A stretch of DNA of 64,000 nucleotides from Sporofaciens sp. SGI.106 (GCF_050314255.1 NZ_JBNPMZ010000003.1:62204-126203); one strand, 5' to 3'. Numbered from the stretch's first letter, positions 46,652-56,690 are shown. Program-made: numbers and translations. The notes: generated by a model not told the origin, from the letters alone.

Positions 46652-47019
46652 TCCTCCAAAACAATCTGAAACAACTCTGTAATCTCCTGATTACTCATTC
46701 CGCAGCTTCTGCCTTTTCGGATGGCCATTTCCAAATCAGCTTCTACTTCCTTTTTCTTCTCCTCCAGCATCAACTCCTGATTGGCCAGAGTAACAAAGCT
46801 TCCCTTGCCATGGACGGTAACGACAAATCCTTCCGTCTCCAGAGCATCATATGCCTTCTTCACGGTCAGGGCACTGACCTTTAATTCTTTAGCTAAAGTA
46901 CGAACTGATGGGAGCATCTCTTCTTCCCGCAATTCCCCATGCATGATCTTCGACTTCATCTGCGTAACAATCTGTTCATAGATCGGCTGCATGGAAGAAT
47001 TATTGATAATCAACTTCAT
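46648..47019 (-). CDS. GntR family (YtrA-like) transcriptional regulator
   Basis: LPSVRTLAKELKVSALTVKKAYDALE winged HTH. 123 aa. Overlaps the downstream ABC gene. Confidence 0.85.
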   Translation of the reverse strand: MKLIINNSSMQPIYEQIVTQMKSKIMHGELREEEMLPSVRTLAKELKVSALTVKKAYDALETEGFVVTVHGKGSFVTLANQELMLEEKKKEVEADLEMAIRKGRSCGMSNQEITELFQIVLED

Positions 47020-47047
47020 GTTACCCCTCCTTCGTTGTAAACAGTAT

Positions 47048-47068
47048 ATAACAGTTTATAACTGTTGT
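47048..47068. promoter_or_regulatory. palindromic operator-like site AACAGTTTATAACTGTT upstream of the GntR operon
   Basis: Perfect 7-3-7 palindrome about 30 nt upstream of the GntR start. Confidence 0.4.
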
Positions 47069-47147
47069 CAACTGTTATATGGTGTTTATTTGATTTTTTT
47101 AAAAAGTGGTATTGTGCTTGCTGAAAAAGCGAGCTTTTACACAATAA

Positions 47148-47400
47148 TTACGTGTCAAAGTTTTATTTTTCATTATTTACATGTAGAAAAAACTAGTATA
47201 TACATGTCAGATGAGAAAAAGGCCATTTTTCCACGTAAAAAATAACAAACGCTACGTGTGAAAGAAAAAAAATAGTAATTTTCCATGTAGAGTTAGCCGA
47301 AAACTACGTGTCAGATGGAAGAAAATGAGATTTTCCACGTAAGGAACTCCAAAATATACGTGCTAAATGTAAGAAAAGTAATTATCCCACGTAAAAAGGG
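47148..47400. repeat. five tandem imperfect about 52-bp repeats, each a dyad TACGTGTCA...N26...CCACGTAA
   Basis: Units start near 47148, 47201, 47252, 47304 and 47356. Confidence 0.6.
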
Positions 47401-47419
47401 CATTGCAAAATAGATAAGT

Positions 47420-47452
47420 GAAAAAAGCGCAACCGAAGCTGCGCCTTTCATA
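47420..47452 (-). terminator. intrinsic terminator of the alcohol dehydrogenase gene
   Basis: Minus-strand RNA GGCGCAGC-UUCG-GUUGCGC followed by UUUUUU. Confidence 0.55.
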
Positions 47453-47457
47453 TATTT

Positions 47458-48603
47458 TTACATCAGTTTTCTAAATAAATCTTTCAAATCTTCTACGCTT
47501 GTGTCTTTCGGATTTCCCGGTGCACAGGCATCTGCAAATGCGGATTCTGCAAGGAACTGTAAATCCTCCTCCTTTAATGCTTCCAGTTTTGTCGGGATTC
47601 CTACATCAACAGAAAGCTGCTGAACAGCATCTACTGCTGCCTTTCTGTATTCTTCTACAGACATCTCGTCCACACCTTTTACTCCCATCGCTCTGGCAAT
47701 CTCACGATATTTCTCACCGGTGCACTCAGCGTTATACTCCATTACGATTGGAAGCATCATTGCACATGCCACACCGTGTGGTGTATCATAAACAGCTCCC
47801 AGAGTATGTGCCATGGAATGTGCGATTCCAAGACCTACGTTAGAGAATCCCATACCTGCAATGTACTGTCCCAATGCCATTCCCTCGCGACCTTCTTTCT
47901 CGTTGGCAACTGCTCCGCTTAAGGACTTGGAAATGATCTCAATTGCTTTGATATGGAACATATCTGTCATCTCCCATGCTCCCTTAGTTGTATATCCTTC
48001 GATCGCATGAGTCAGAGCATCCATTCCTGTAGAAGCTGTCAGTCCCTTTGGCATAGAAGACATCATATCCGGGTCAACCACTGCGATAACCGGCATATCA
48101 TGCGGGTCTACGCACACAAATTTTCTTTTCTTCTCAACATCAGTGATAACGTAATTAATCGTAACCTCTGCTGCTGTTCCGGCTGTTGTCGGCACTGCAA
48201 TAATCGGTACACATGGGTTCTTTGTCGGTGCAACACCCTCGAGACTTCTTACATCTTCAAATTCCGGATTTGCAATAATGATTCCTACTGCTTTTGCTGT
48301 ATCCATGGAAGAACCGCCGCCGATTGCAATAATATAATCTGCCTCAGCTTTTTTGAATGCTGCAACACCATTCTGTACATTCTCGATAGTCGGATTTGCC
48401 TTGATATCGGAATAAATCTCATAAGCAAGACCTGCCTCGTCCAACACATCTGTTACCTTACCTGTTACTCCGAACTTAATCAGATCAGGGTCAGAGCATA
48501 CGAACGCTTTGCGAAATGCTCTTGCTTTCGCTTCTGCAGCAATCTCCTTGATTGCTCCGGCACCATGGTAAGAAGTTTCATTCAACATAATTCTGTTTGC
48601 CAT
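47458..48603 (-). CDS. iron-containing alcohol dehydrogenase (lactaldehyde / propanediol oxidoreductase-like)
   Basis: GGGSSMDTAKA, three-His iron-site context (HAIE..., HSMAH), 381 aa. Confidence 0.85.
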   Translation of the reverse strand: MANRIMLNETSYHGAGAIKEIAAEAKARAFRKAFVCSDPDLIKFGVTGKVTDVLDEAGLAYEIYSDIKANPTIENVQNGVAAFKKAEADYIIAIGGGSSMDTAKAVGIIIANPEFEDVRSLEGVAPTKNPCVPIIAVPTTAGTAAEVTINYVITDVEKKRKFVCVDPHDMPVIAVVDPDMMSSMPKGLTASTGMDALTHAIEGYTTKGAWEMTDMFHIKAIEIISKSLSGAVANEKEGREGMALGQYIAGMGFSNVGLGIAHSMAHTLGAVYDTPHGVACAMMLPIVMEYNAECTGEKYREIARAMGVKGVDEMSVEEYRKAAVDAVQQLSVDVGIPTKLEALKEEDLQFLAESAFADACAPGNPKDTSVEDLKDLFRKLM

Positions 48604-48786
48604 TTTTGTTCTCTCCTTTTTTTAATATCGATCAGTTTCTATGTCTATATTTTAACAATCTCACATGTAAATGGAAAGTTACAAAACAGCAAATCTGTCA
48701 CTTGCATAATAAAAAAGAGAGTGTCACATCATCACTGGTGATTTTGCGATACTCCCTCGCGCCTTCGGCGGTTGCCTGCGACATCA

Positions 48787-49350
48787 TTATATTAAATGCA
48801 AACTTCGAAAAACACCGGCAAGCTCCATGGGCATCGCTTCCACCAGCGACCTGGCCAGCTCCTGAGGCGTTGCCTTCTTTCTTCCAAGCACCCACTGTAC
48901 TGTCATATAAATCGATCCCTGACAATACATTTCCAGAAGAAATTTCAGTTCTTCCGTCATCTTCTTTCCGGACTTCGATTCTATCTTATTCGTGTAGAAT
49001 TCTGTGATCAGCTGAAAATCATGATCCTTCAGACAATTCTGTTCATCAGATTTGAAAGCCGCACGGAAGAACAGTCTCTCCTGCGAAATAAATTCAAACT
49101 TCTTTACAAGCCCCTCGTAGACGGTTCTTCCCTCTCCCATATGCTCAAAGGATTCCTGGAGGATCTTATCAAAATACCAGTTGATCAGATCATATTTATC
49201 CTGAAAATTCCGGTAAAAGGTCTGTCTCGTTGTCCCACATGTTTCAACAATTTCCTTTACCGTGATTCGCTCCACCGGTGTATCCTTCATACACTTCTTC
49301 ATGGCTTCCGCCAGCCGGTATTTCATCTGCTCCTGTTTTCCTGCTTCCAT
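48787..49350 (-). CDS. TetR family transcriptional regulator (DhaS-like)
   Basis: ITVKEIVETCGTTRQTFYRNFQDKYDL HTH. Confidence 0.8.
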   Translation of the reverse strand: MEAGKQEQMKYRLAEAMKKCMKDTPVERITVKEIVETCGTTRQTFYRNFQDKYDLINWYFDKILQESFEHMGEGRTVYEGLVKKFEFISQERLFFRAAFKSDEQNCLKDHDFQLITEFYTNKIESKSGKKMTEELKFLLEMYCQGSIYMTVQWVLGRKKATPQELARSLVEAMPMELAGVFRSLHLI

Positions 49351-49353
49351 ATC

Positions 49354-50379
49354 CTAGCAAACTACATGAATCCATCCTTCTGGAGCTTCGATACGTCCCA
49401 TCTGGATTCCGGTCAGTGTATCATATAATTTCTTAATTGTCGGTCCCATCTCTTCCATTCCGCTTGGGAAGCAGATATCTGTACCATGATCAACAATCTT
49501 TCCTACCGGTGAGATAACGGCTGCTGTACCACACAGGCCGCACTCTGCGAAGTCTTTCACTTCATCCAGGTATACTTCTCTCTCTTCCACTTCCAGCCCA
49601 AGATATTTCTCTGCCACATACATCAGAGAACGTCTGGTAATAGATGGAAGAATTGTGCTGGACTTCGGTGTTACCACTTTATTGTCTTTTGTAATAAAGA
49701 TAAAGTTTGCTCCGCCTGTCTCTTCTACCTTTGTTCTGGTAGCTGCATCCAGATACATATTCTCATCATATCCCTGCTTGTGAGCATCTACGATTGCATG
49801 AAGGCTCATAGCATAATTAAGTCCTGCCTTTACATGGCCGGTACCATGCGGAGCTGCACGGTCAAAATCACACACTCTAATGGTAATCGGCTTTGCGCCG
49901 CCCTTGAAATATGGTCCTACCGGTGTGGTGAATACACGGAACTGGTACTCATCTGCAGGTTTTACACCGATAACCGGATTGGAACCAAACATGTACGGAC
50001 GAACATAAAGTGTTGCTCCGGAACCAAACGGCGGAACATACGCTGCATTAGCCTCTACTACTTTATGAACTGCCTCTACAAATCTGTCCTCCGGAAATAC
50101 CGGCATTTCCAGTCTTTCTGCAGAACTTGCCATTCTGGATGCATTCAGATCCGGACGGAACATTACGATATGTCCATCTTCTGTTGTATATGCCTTCAAT
50201 CCCTCAAAACAGGTCTGTGCATACTGAAGCACGCCTGCACATTCGTTAATTACTACATTTGCATCGGAGGTCAGCACGCCTTCGTCCCACGCTCCATCTT
50301 TATAATTGGAAACGTATCTCTTATCTGTCTGTACATAACCGAACCCAAGGTTCTTCCAGTCAATATTCTTCTTTTCCAT
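49354..50379 (-). CDS. ilvE: branched-chain amino acid aminotransferase
   Basis: Fold-type IV aminotransferase pattern. 341 aa. Downstream of ilvBN. Confidence 0.9.
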   Translation of the reverse strand: MEKKNIDWKNLGFGYVQTDKRYVSNYKDGAWDEGVLTSDANVVINECAGVLQYAQTCFEGLKAYTTEDGHIVMFRPDLNASRMASSAERLEMPVFPEDRFVEAVHKVVEANAAYVPPFGSGATLYVRPYMFGSNPVIGVKPADEYQFRVFTTPVGPYFKGGAKPITIRVCDFDRAAPHGTGHVKAGLNYAMSLHAIVDAHKQGYDENMYLDAATRTKVEETGGANFIFITKDNKVVTPKSSTILPSITRRSLMYVAEKYLGLEVEEREVYLDEVKDFAECGLCGTAAVISPVGKIVDHGTDICFPSGMEEMGPTIKKLYDTLTGIQMGRIEAPEGWIHVVC

Positions 50380-50502
50380 CGAAAATTCCTCCGTTCTTTG
50401 ATGACTTTTTCATTCTAGTGTCATTATAATACGATTATTTTTAAAATTCAAGAGTGCGCTCTGTTTTTTCTGTAAAAACATGGAAGCCCTCTTCATGTCT
50501 CT

Positions 50503-51012
50503 CTATCGTTCCATCATGCTGATAGACTCGATTCCCACGCTTCCGCCTCTTACAACCTCAATACTGCGGAATTCTTCCTTCATCAACTTGATAACCGCGT
50601 CATTTTTCGTTGCTGTCTGAACAAATTCCAGGAGCAGGCTGTCTTTTCCGTAATCAATAACCTTGGCCTTGAATGTCTCTGCGATCTGGAACAGCTCCAC
50701 CTTATCCTCCGGTGTACATTTACGTACCTTTACATAGAGAATCTCCTTCATTCTTACAAACACATCTGTGAAGTCGATAACTTTGATTACCTCCACCAAT
50801 CGATTCAGCTGCTTTTTAATCTGTTCAAATGTCTCATCGTCACTGACTGTAGCAATGGTCATTCTGGATACAGTCGGGTCTTCTGTTGTTCCAACAGTCA
50901 GACTGTCCAGGTTATAACATTTGCCGGAAAATAATCCGGAAATCTTCGAGAGAACACCCACCTGGTTCTCCACATACAGGGATATCCATCTTTTTTTCAT
51001 TCCGTTACTCAT
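50503..51012 (-). CDS. ilvN: acetolactate synthase small (regulatory) subunit
   Basis: ACT domain ISLYVENQVGVLSKISGLFSGKCYNLDSLTV. Confidence 0.85.
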   Translation of the reverse strand: MSNGMKKRWISLYVENQVGVLSKISGLFSGKCYNLDSLTVGTTEDPTVSRMTIATVSDDETFEQIKKQLNRLVEVIKVIDFTDVFVRMKEILYVKVRKCTPEDKVELFQIAETFKAKVIDYGKDSLLLEFVQTATKNDAVIKLMKEEFRSIEVVRGGSVGIESISMMER

Positions 51013-51028
51013 CTTCTCCCGCTCCTTC

Positions 51029-52750
51029 CTAACAATCCATAATCATGTCTTCCAGTGTTCCACCTGGCTGAATCATCGGATAAACCAGATCTTCCGGATC
51101 GATCTCAAATTCTATAATGGTCGGCACCTTTGTACTCTTTCTTGCCTCTTCAAATGCCGGTACGATTTCTTCCTTCTGTGTTACCCGGATTCCCTTCGCG
51201 CCATAGCTTTCTGCGAGTTTGATAAAATCAGGAGTGTACGGAGGACATGGGACTTCTCCACATTTTCCTCTGCAGGCTGCACCGGAACGAAGACAGGTCA
51301 TGGAATATCTCTTTCCATAGAAAAGTTTCTGCCACTGACGAACCATTCCCAGATTACTGTTATTAAAAATACAGCAAATGATCGGCAATTCCTCAAGTAC
51401 CGCTGTTGCCAGCTCCTGGATATTCATCTGCATACCACCGTCACCGGAAATAGAGATAACCGGAGTATCCGGATTGCCGATCCTGGCTCCGATTGCTCCC
51501 GGCAGGCCGTATCCCATGGTTCCCAGTCCACCGGACATCAGAAGCTTCTTATTCTCATCCAGCTCCAGGAACTGAGCTGTAAACATCTGATGCTGACCTA
51601 CATCCGTTACCACAATTGCTTTATCAAACATTGTATTAATCGTCTCAATTATATCCTGTGGTGTCATGATCGGTTTTTTCTTCATGGTCAGAGGATATCT
51701 GTGTTTCCACTCTCCGATCTCATCCAGCCATTTCTTTGTATCACACGCTTCCACATATTCCAGCATTTTGGTAATGGCCTCTTTTGCATCGGCAACGATC
51801 GGTACATCTACCTGTACATTTTTGGAAATTGCAGCTGTATCAATATCAATATGTACAATCTGCGCATTTGGTGCAAATGAATGAAGCTTACCGGTAATAC
51901 GGTCATTAAATCTGGTACCGATGGAGAACAGAAGATCGCATTCTCCCACAGACATATTTGCCGCATAGGCACCATGCATACCCAGATTTCCAATGAACAG
52001 CGGATGGTTAGTAGGAATTGCCCCACGTCCCATGACGGTTGTAATAACCGGAACATTGGTAAGCTCTACCAGCTTCTTAAATTCTGCATTTGCACCGGAA
52101 ATATTTACGCCGCCTCCTGCAAGAAATACCGGACGCTCTGCCTTATTCAGCATCTTGATGGCACGCTTCAGCTGTCCGATATGGACGCTGGTATTCGGTT
52201 TGTAACCGCGGATATTTACATCCTCCGGATACTCATTGCTTCCCATCTCCGCCATCATATCTTTTGGAAGGTCCACAAGAACCGGTCCCGGACGTCCTGT
52301 TCTGGCAATGTAAAATGCTTCCTTTATAATTCTTCCCAGATCCTCTCTCCTGCGGACGGTTACACCATATTTGGTAATGCTTCTCGTAATTCCTACGATA
52401 TCAACCTCCTGGAAAGCATCATTTCCGATCAGATGTCTTGCCACCTGACCGGTAAAGCACACCAGCGGCACACTGTCATAATATGCAGTCGCAAGTCCTG
52501 TTACCAGATTGGTCGCTCCCGGACCGCTGGTTACCAGACAAACGCCCACCTTTCCCGTAGACCGTGCATAGGCATCCGCCTCATGCACCAGTGCCACTTC
52601 CTGTCTCGGAAGAATGACCTTCGTATAGTCCTGCTTATAAAGCTCATCGCTGATATCAATGGTACATGCACCCGGATAACCGAAGATTGTATCAACACCT
52701 TCTTCTTTCAGCGCTTTTACCAACAATTTGTTTCCTGAAATCTTTTTCAT
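51029..52750 (-). CDS. ilvB: acetolactate synthase large subunit (biosynthetic type)
   Basis: ThDP enzyme motifs (GDGGMQMNIQELAT), FAD domain. Followed by ilvN. Confidence 0.9.
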   Translation of the reverse strand: MKKISGNKLLVKALKEEGVDTIFGYPGACTIDISDELYKQDYTKVILPRQEVALVHEADAYARSTGKVGVCLVTSGPGATNLVTGLATAYYDSVPLVCFTGQVARHLIGNDAFQEVDIVGITRSITKYGVTVRRREDLGRIIKEAFYIARTGRPGPVLVDLPKDMMAEMGSNEYPEDVNIRGYKPNTSVHIGQLKRAIKMLNKAERPVFLAGGGVNISGANAEFKKLVELTNVPVITTVMGRGAIPTNHPLFIGNLGMHGAYAANMSVGECDLLFSIGTRFNDRITGKLHSFAPNAQIVHIDIDTAAISKNVQVDVPIVADAKEAITKMLEYVEACDTKKWLDEIGEWKHRYPLTMKKKPIMTPQDIIETINTMFDKAIVVTDVGQHQMFTAQFLELDENKKLLMSGGLGTMGYGLPGAIGARIGNPDTPVISISGDGGMQMNIQELATAVLEELPIICCIFNNSNLGMVRQWQKLFYGKRYSMTCLRSGAACRGKCGEVPCPPYTPDFIKLAESYGAKGIRVTQKEEIVPAFEEARKSTKVPTIIEFEIDPEDLVYPMIQPGGTLEDMIMDC

Positions 52751-52789
52751 GCAAAAACCTCCTTATTACGTATATAGATTGCGTGAATG

Positions 52790-53200
52790 CGCAATCTTTG
52801 CGCGCGAGCGGACTGCAAAGCAGTGTTTTCATCTCCGCAAGCTGCGCATCATCGCACGAAGTGCTTTTTTATGTAGCAGGAAATTCCAGAAGAATTTCCT
52901 GCTACATAAAAAGCCCTAAGCCAGATATAGCTTAGGGCGAATCTTACAATCCGTGTTACCACCTAAATTCAGAGAATGTCTTCTCTGCACTCTGCCAATA
53001 CGGGAATCTGCCTGCTGTTCTTTCCTTATACAGCTGCCACTCCGATACTGCTCCCCTTTAACGCTGGGACTGCGTTGAAGTCTACTGGCATCCACTACGA
53101 TTCTACAGGCAGATGTGTTCGGTTCACTGCTCAAAGGCTACTTCCATAAGCACTTCATAAGGATTCTCACCGGCCATCCTCTCTCTTTGCTTCCGAATAC
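52790..53200 (-). promoter_or_regulatory. T-box leader with intrinsic terminator upstream of ilvB
   Basis: Minus strand AAUUUAGGUGGUAACACGG (T-box consensus AAnnnGGGUGGnACCGCG) at 52951-52969. Terminator GCCCUAAGC-loop-GCUUAGGGC-UUUUU at 52908-52938. An additional 22-bp perfect hairpin at 52866-52912. Confidence 0.6.
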
Positions 53201-53306
53201 TTATGTACTCCTCCTTGTCATAGCATTTCTCTGATAATTGTAAATATTATAGTTGATGAAGTACCTCTCTGTCAACCATTGTTAGAAATTTGTCCGATAC
53301 CTATTT

Positions 53307-53951
53307 CTATATATCTTTCAGAAATTTATCCACATCCAGGACATGATATTTTCCATCTTTATAATATGCCGGTTTTAGATTTTTCTTCGTAAAGGCAGCA
53401 ACCAGTTCTTCCACCGTATGCACCTCTTCCGGAAAATAAGTCGCATAGACGCCCACTTTTTCCGGCACATGGCAGTCGCTTGCCCCTACCGGAACCAGAT
53501 CCAGTGCCCGGGCATATTCTGCCGCTTTCTGGCATGCGGCTTTCAGCGTACTTCCATTCAGGACCTCAATGCCATCCAGCCCACGCACTTCATTTAAGTG
53601 CTCTTCCAGACCACGCCGGTTATTACGGAATGGATGAGCGCTGTAACAGACGCCGCCCTGTGCTTTCACAAAATCGATAAATTCCTGTGCGCTGATCCTG
53701 TGATCCGGATAGGAATCAATACCAAATGCAATAATGTCTCCCTGAAGAGAGAAAAATTCAATCCCAACAAAAATCGGGAAATTTACTTTTTTCGAATAAG
53801 ACGCCGCAAATTCCCTGAGTCCCATACTGTCATGGTCTGTGATGCAAATTCCATCCAGCCCTTTTTCTTTCGCAATCTCTACGATTTCTTCCAGAGGAAG
53901 AAAGCTGTCCCCTGAGTAACGCATCTCATGCATATGTAAGTCGATAAACAT
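53307..53951 (-). CDS. PHP-domain metal-dependent phosphoesterase
   Basis: MFIDLHMHEMRYSGDS...CITDHD motifs. Start at ATG 53951 after AAGGAGGA. Confidence 0.75.
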   Translation of the reverse strand: MFIDLHMHEMRYSGDSFLPLEEIVEIAKEKGLDGICITDHDSMGLREFAASYSKKVNFPIFVGIEFFSLQGDIIAFGIDSYPDHRISAQEFIDFVKAQGGVCYSAHPFRNNRRGLEEHLNEVRGLDGIEVLNGSTLKAACQKAAEYARALDLVPVGASDCHVPEKVGVYATYFPEEVHTVEELVAAFTKKNLKPAYYKDGKYHVLDVDKFLKDI

Positions 53952-53970
53952 TGGTGTCCTCCTTACCCTC

Positions 53971-55227
53971 TCAATTTTTCTTTTCTGTATCCATCTGATT
54001 CTGACATCTGTCATTTTCCCTCAGAACGATGCTACAGATATTTCCCCATGATATCTGTGTGAGATCCGGACTTTCCGTCACTCTCATCTGTGCACATTCC
54101 TGAATTTTCTCTGCCAGTTCCCGCTCAAACCCCGGGAGGCTCTCCGGTACCGGCTCATCTGTATTATACATCTTTGGCGGCTGCACGTAGACGATCGGTG
54201 CATCCGGCACATGCTCTTCTACCCAGGATGGGATTCCCGGGAGAGCAGTGATCACTACCCTGTCTCCACAGGCCATGGCCTCGATCATCGTAAGAGGCAT
54301 CCCATCGAAGAAAGACGGGAGCACAAAGATGTCACTGCTTCGATATTCTTCAGCCAGCTCTTCCTGTGAGATCCGCCCTGTGAATCTCACAGGATAAGGT
54401 GCTTCTGCTGCCAGACTTCGAATCTGTGCGTACTCTTCCTCATTTCCATATCCGCCTGCAAGAACCAACTCTGCCTCGTCCGTCTTCCATGGAAGATAGG
54501 AAAGGCTCCGAAGAAGGCTTATGACTCCCTTCTTCTCTGACAGCTTACCTGCAAAAATGAGACGAAGCTTTTTCTTCTCCGACTGATTCTTATTTTCTTC
54601 TGCGGTCTCATTTTTCTCCGCCATTCGGAATAAATGGTGATTATATCCCGTTCCGACTGTGAAAATTTTCTCTCCGCTCATGTCATATATCTGACAGATT
54701 TCCTCTTTCTGCTCTTCATGAATTGCAAAAACTGCATCCAGCTTCGGAATTTGGGAACGGATATATTTCCGCTGAAAATCCGTCTTCTGCATCTGGCGAA
54801 GATCTGTATTATGGCAGAATCCAAATACCCGGTATCCCTCCAACTCCTCTCTGGCAAGTGCCGTTACCAGATACAGATGATGGCAGATAACAAGATCCGG
54901 TCCGAACTCCTCCGCCGCCTTGCGGATTACCCGTCTGAATGCTCTCACAAAAGCCTCTGTCATCTCCGGTGTCATCTGGCCATACACCGTGCTTTCATAG
55001 GGCATCTCATCCGACATTCCGGCTATTGGAAATGGAAGCTCGTCTGTCTTAAAATAAACAGGATACAGCTTCACTCCTTCCGGGGATTCCACTGTGTCCT
55101 CCTGATAAATACCTGCGATCACTGCCTGTTCATGTCCAAGCCCGGCAAACTCTTTTACGAGCTCTGTCAGATATACCCCGCTCCCCGTGCTGTTCGGCTT
55201 CTGAGCTGTAATGCTTAATATTTTCAT
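53971..55227 (-). CDS. glycosyltransferase family 4 (group 1)
   Basis: C-terminal SDIFVLPSFFDGMPLTMIEAMACGDRVV GT4 signature. Confidence 0.8.
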   Translation of the reverse strand: MKILSITAQKPNSTGSGVYLTELVKEFAGLGHEQAVIAGIYQEDTVESPEGVKLYPVYFKTDELPFPIAGMSDEMPYESTVYGQMTPEMTEAFVRAFRRVIRKAAEEFGPDLVICHHLYLVTALAREELEGYRVFGFCHNTDLRQMQKTDFQRKYIRSQIPKLDAVFAIHEEQKEEICQIYDMSGEKIFTVGTGYNHHLFRMAEKNETAEENKNQSEKKKLRLIFAGKLSEKKGVISLLRSLSYLPWKTDEAELVLAGGYGNEEEYAQIRSLAAEAPYPVRFTGRISQEELAEEYRSSDIFVLPSFFDGMPLTMIEAMACGDRVVITALPGIPSWVEEHVPDAPIVYVQPPKMYNTDEPVPESLPGFERELAEKIQECAQMRVTESPDLTQISWGNICSIVLRENDRCQNQMDTEKKN

Positions 55228-55228
55228 G

Positions 55229-55720
55229 CTATTTAACTATCCTCTCATATACCGTAAAATAATACTCCAGATTAAAGCAGGTCTGCTCCTCACTGATTTT
55301 TGTCATCCTCCATCCCTCATCCTCATCCAGATTCGGAAAATAGGTATCTGCATCATAAGCGTGATCAATCTTCGTCACCAGAGCCGTATCGCAATACGGA
55401 AGCATTGCCCGGTAAACACTCTCGCCACCGATTACAAACACTTCTCCTTCATATTTTTTACTTTCTTCAATAGCCTCTTCGATACTGTGTACCAGAACCG
55501 CTCCTTTTACTTTATAGTCCGGATTCTTCGTAATAACAATATTCACCCGGTTTGCCAGCGGCTGCCCCTGCGGAAAGCTCTCCAGAGTCTTTCGACCCAT
55601 GATCACGATATTTCCCTTTGTCGTCTCCCGGAAATACTTCATATCCGCCGGGATACTCCACATCAGTTTATTGTCCTTTCCAATTGCCCAGTTTTTATCT
55701 ACTGCAACGATTAATTTCAT
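55229..55720 (-). CDS. folA: dihydrofolate reductase
   Basis: MKLIVAVDKNWAIGKDNKLMWSIPADMKYFRETT. Confidence 0.9.
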   Translation of the reverse strand: MKLIVAVDKNWAIGKDNKLMWSIPADMKYFRETTKGNIVIMGRKTLESFPQGQPLANRVNIVITKNPDYKVKGAVLVHSIEEAIEESKKYEGEVFVIGGESVYRAMLPYCDTALVTKIDHAYDADTYFPNLDEDEGWRMTKISEEQTCFNLEYYFTVYERIVK

Positions 55721-55739
55721 AAAAATTCTCCATTCTGTT

Positions 55740-56588
55740 CTATATTGCTACCGGAATATTCCGAATCTGCTCATGCGTCTGATAGTCGATAAGTTTCACA
55801 TCATCCGGCGTAAAATCATAGAAATCCTTCACTTCCGGATTCAGCCAGAACTTCGGTGCCGGAAGCGGCTCTCTACTGATCAATTCCTCAATCAAAGGAA
55901 CGTGCCTGTCATAAATATGGGCATCTGCAATCACATGAACAAATTCACCCACCTCCATGTCACACACCTGCGCCAGCATATGCATCAGCACAGAGTACTG
56001 GCATACATTCCAGCTGTTTGCCGCCAGCACATCATTGGAACGCTGATTCAGGATTCCGTTTAAGGTCAGCTTCTCATGTCCCGGCTTCTTCGTCACATTA
56101 AATGTCATACTGTATGCGCAGGGATACAGATTCATCTCATGAAGATCCTGATGCACATATATATTGGTCATAATCCGCCGACTGTAAGGATTATTTTTCA
56201 GGTCATAGATCACACGATCCACCTGGTCATACATTCCTTCTTTATACTGATGCTTGACTCCCATCTGATACCCGTAGGCTTTTCCGATTGAACCTTCCTC
56301 GTCGGCCCAGCTGTCCCAGATATGGCTGTTCAGATCATGGATATTATTCGATTTTTTCTGCCATATCCACAAAAGCTCGTCCGTACAGCTCTTAATAGCA
56401 GTTCTTCTAAGTGTCAGCGCCGGGAATTCTTGGCTCAGATCGTAGCGATTCACCACACCGAATTTCTTAATCGTATAGGCAGGTGTGCCGTCTTCCCAGA
56501 CCGGGCGCACCTTTTCACCTCTGGTGTCCGTGCCGTTGTCGATAATGTCGCGGCACATGTCTATAAATATTTTATCTGCATAACTCAT
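55740..56588 (-). CDS. thyA: thymidylate synthase
   Basis: ThyA motifs (...RRIMTNI..., LNQRSNDV, PCAY/H). Start at MSYADKIF (ATG 56588) with AAGGAGG RBS. Confidence 0.9.
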   Translation of the reverse strand: MSYADKIFIDMCRDIIDNGTDTRGEKVRPVWEDGTPAYTIKKFGVVNRYDLSQEFPALTLRRTAIKSCTDELLWIWQKKSNNIHDLNSHIWDSWADEEGSIGKAYGYQMGVKHQYKEGMYDQVDRVIYDLKNNPYSRRIMTNIYVHQDLHEMNLYPCAYSMTFNVTKKPGHEKLTLNGILNQRSNDVLAANSWNVCQYSVLMHMLAQVCDMEVGEFVHVIADAHIYDRHVPLIEELISREPLPAPKFWLNPEVKDFYDFTPDDVKLIDYQTHEQIRNIPVAI

Positions 56589-56589
56589 A

Positions 56590-56690
56590 TTTAACCTCCT
56601 TGGGGACGTAGCAAAACGCATTTTGCTACGTCCCCAGTTGCATTTTGCCCTGTACCCAATTGTATCACACCCTGTACCCAATTGACAATC
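56590..56690. repeat. solo copy of the IS200-end / REP-like element (34-bp palindrome 56602-56635 plus two CAATTGGGTACAGGG direct repeats), inverted relative to 485-571
   Basis: GGGGACGTAGCAAAACGCATTTTGCTACGTCCCC. Directly abuts the thyA RBS. Confidence 0.6.

Noticed and set aside
47148-47400. Possible CRISPR array
   Set aside because: Units are imperfect (about 70-80% identical), contiguous without unique spacers, A-rich, and there are no cas genes. Reported instead as a dyad repeat array.
47953-48741. 262-aa Cys-rich plus-strand ORF opposite the alcohol dehydrogenase gene
   Set aside because: Antisense shadow ORF. The ADH reading frame has canonical Fe-ADH motifs.
50921-52738. Two long plus-strand ORFs (319 and 285 aa) opposite ilvN/ilvB
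   Set aside because: Antisense to strongly supported ilvB/ilvN.
52866-52912. 22-bp perfect hairpin considered as the T-box terminator or a bidirectional terminator
   Set aside because: On either strand the hairpin is preceded by U and followed by A, so it lacks a 3-prime U-run. The true terminator is the adjacent GCCCUAAGC stem. Kept only as an unexplained leader structure.
56589-56681. N-terminal extension of the thyA ORF (MGTGCDTIGYRAKCNWGRSKMRFATSPRRLN)
   Set aside because: Encoded by the REP-like palindrome element. MSYADKIF with a perfect AAGGAGG RBS is the canonical ThyA start.
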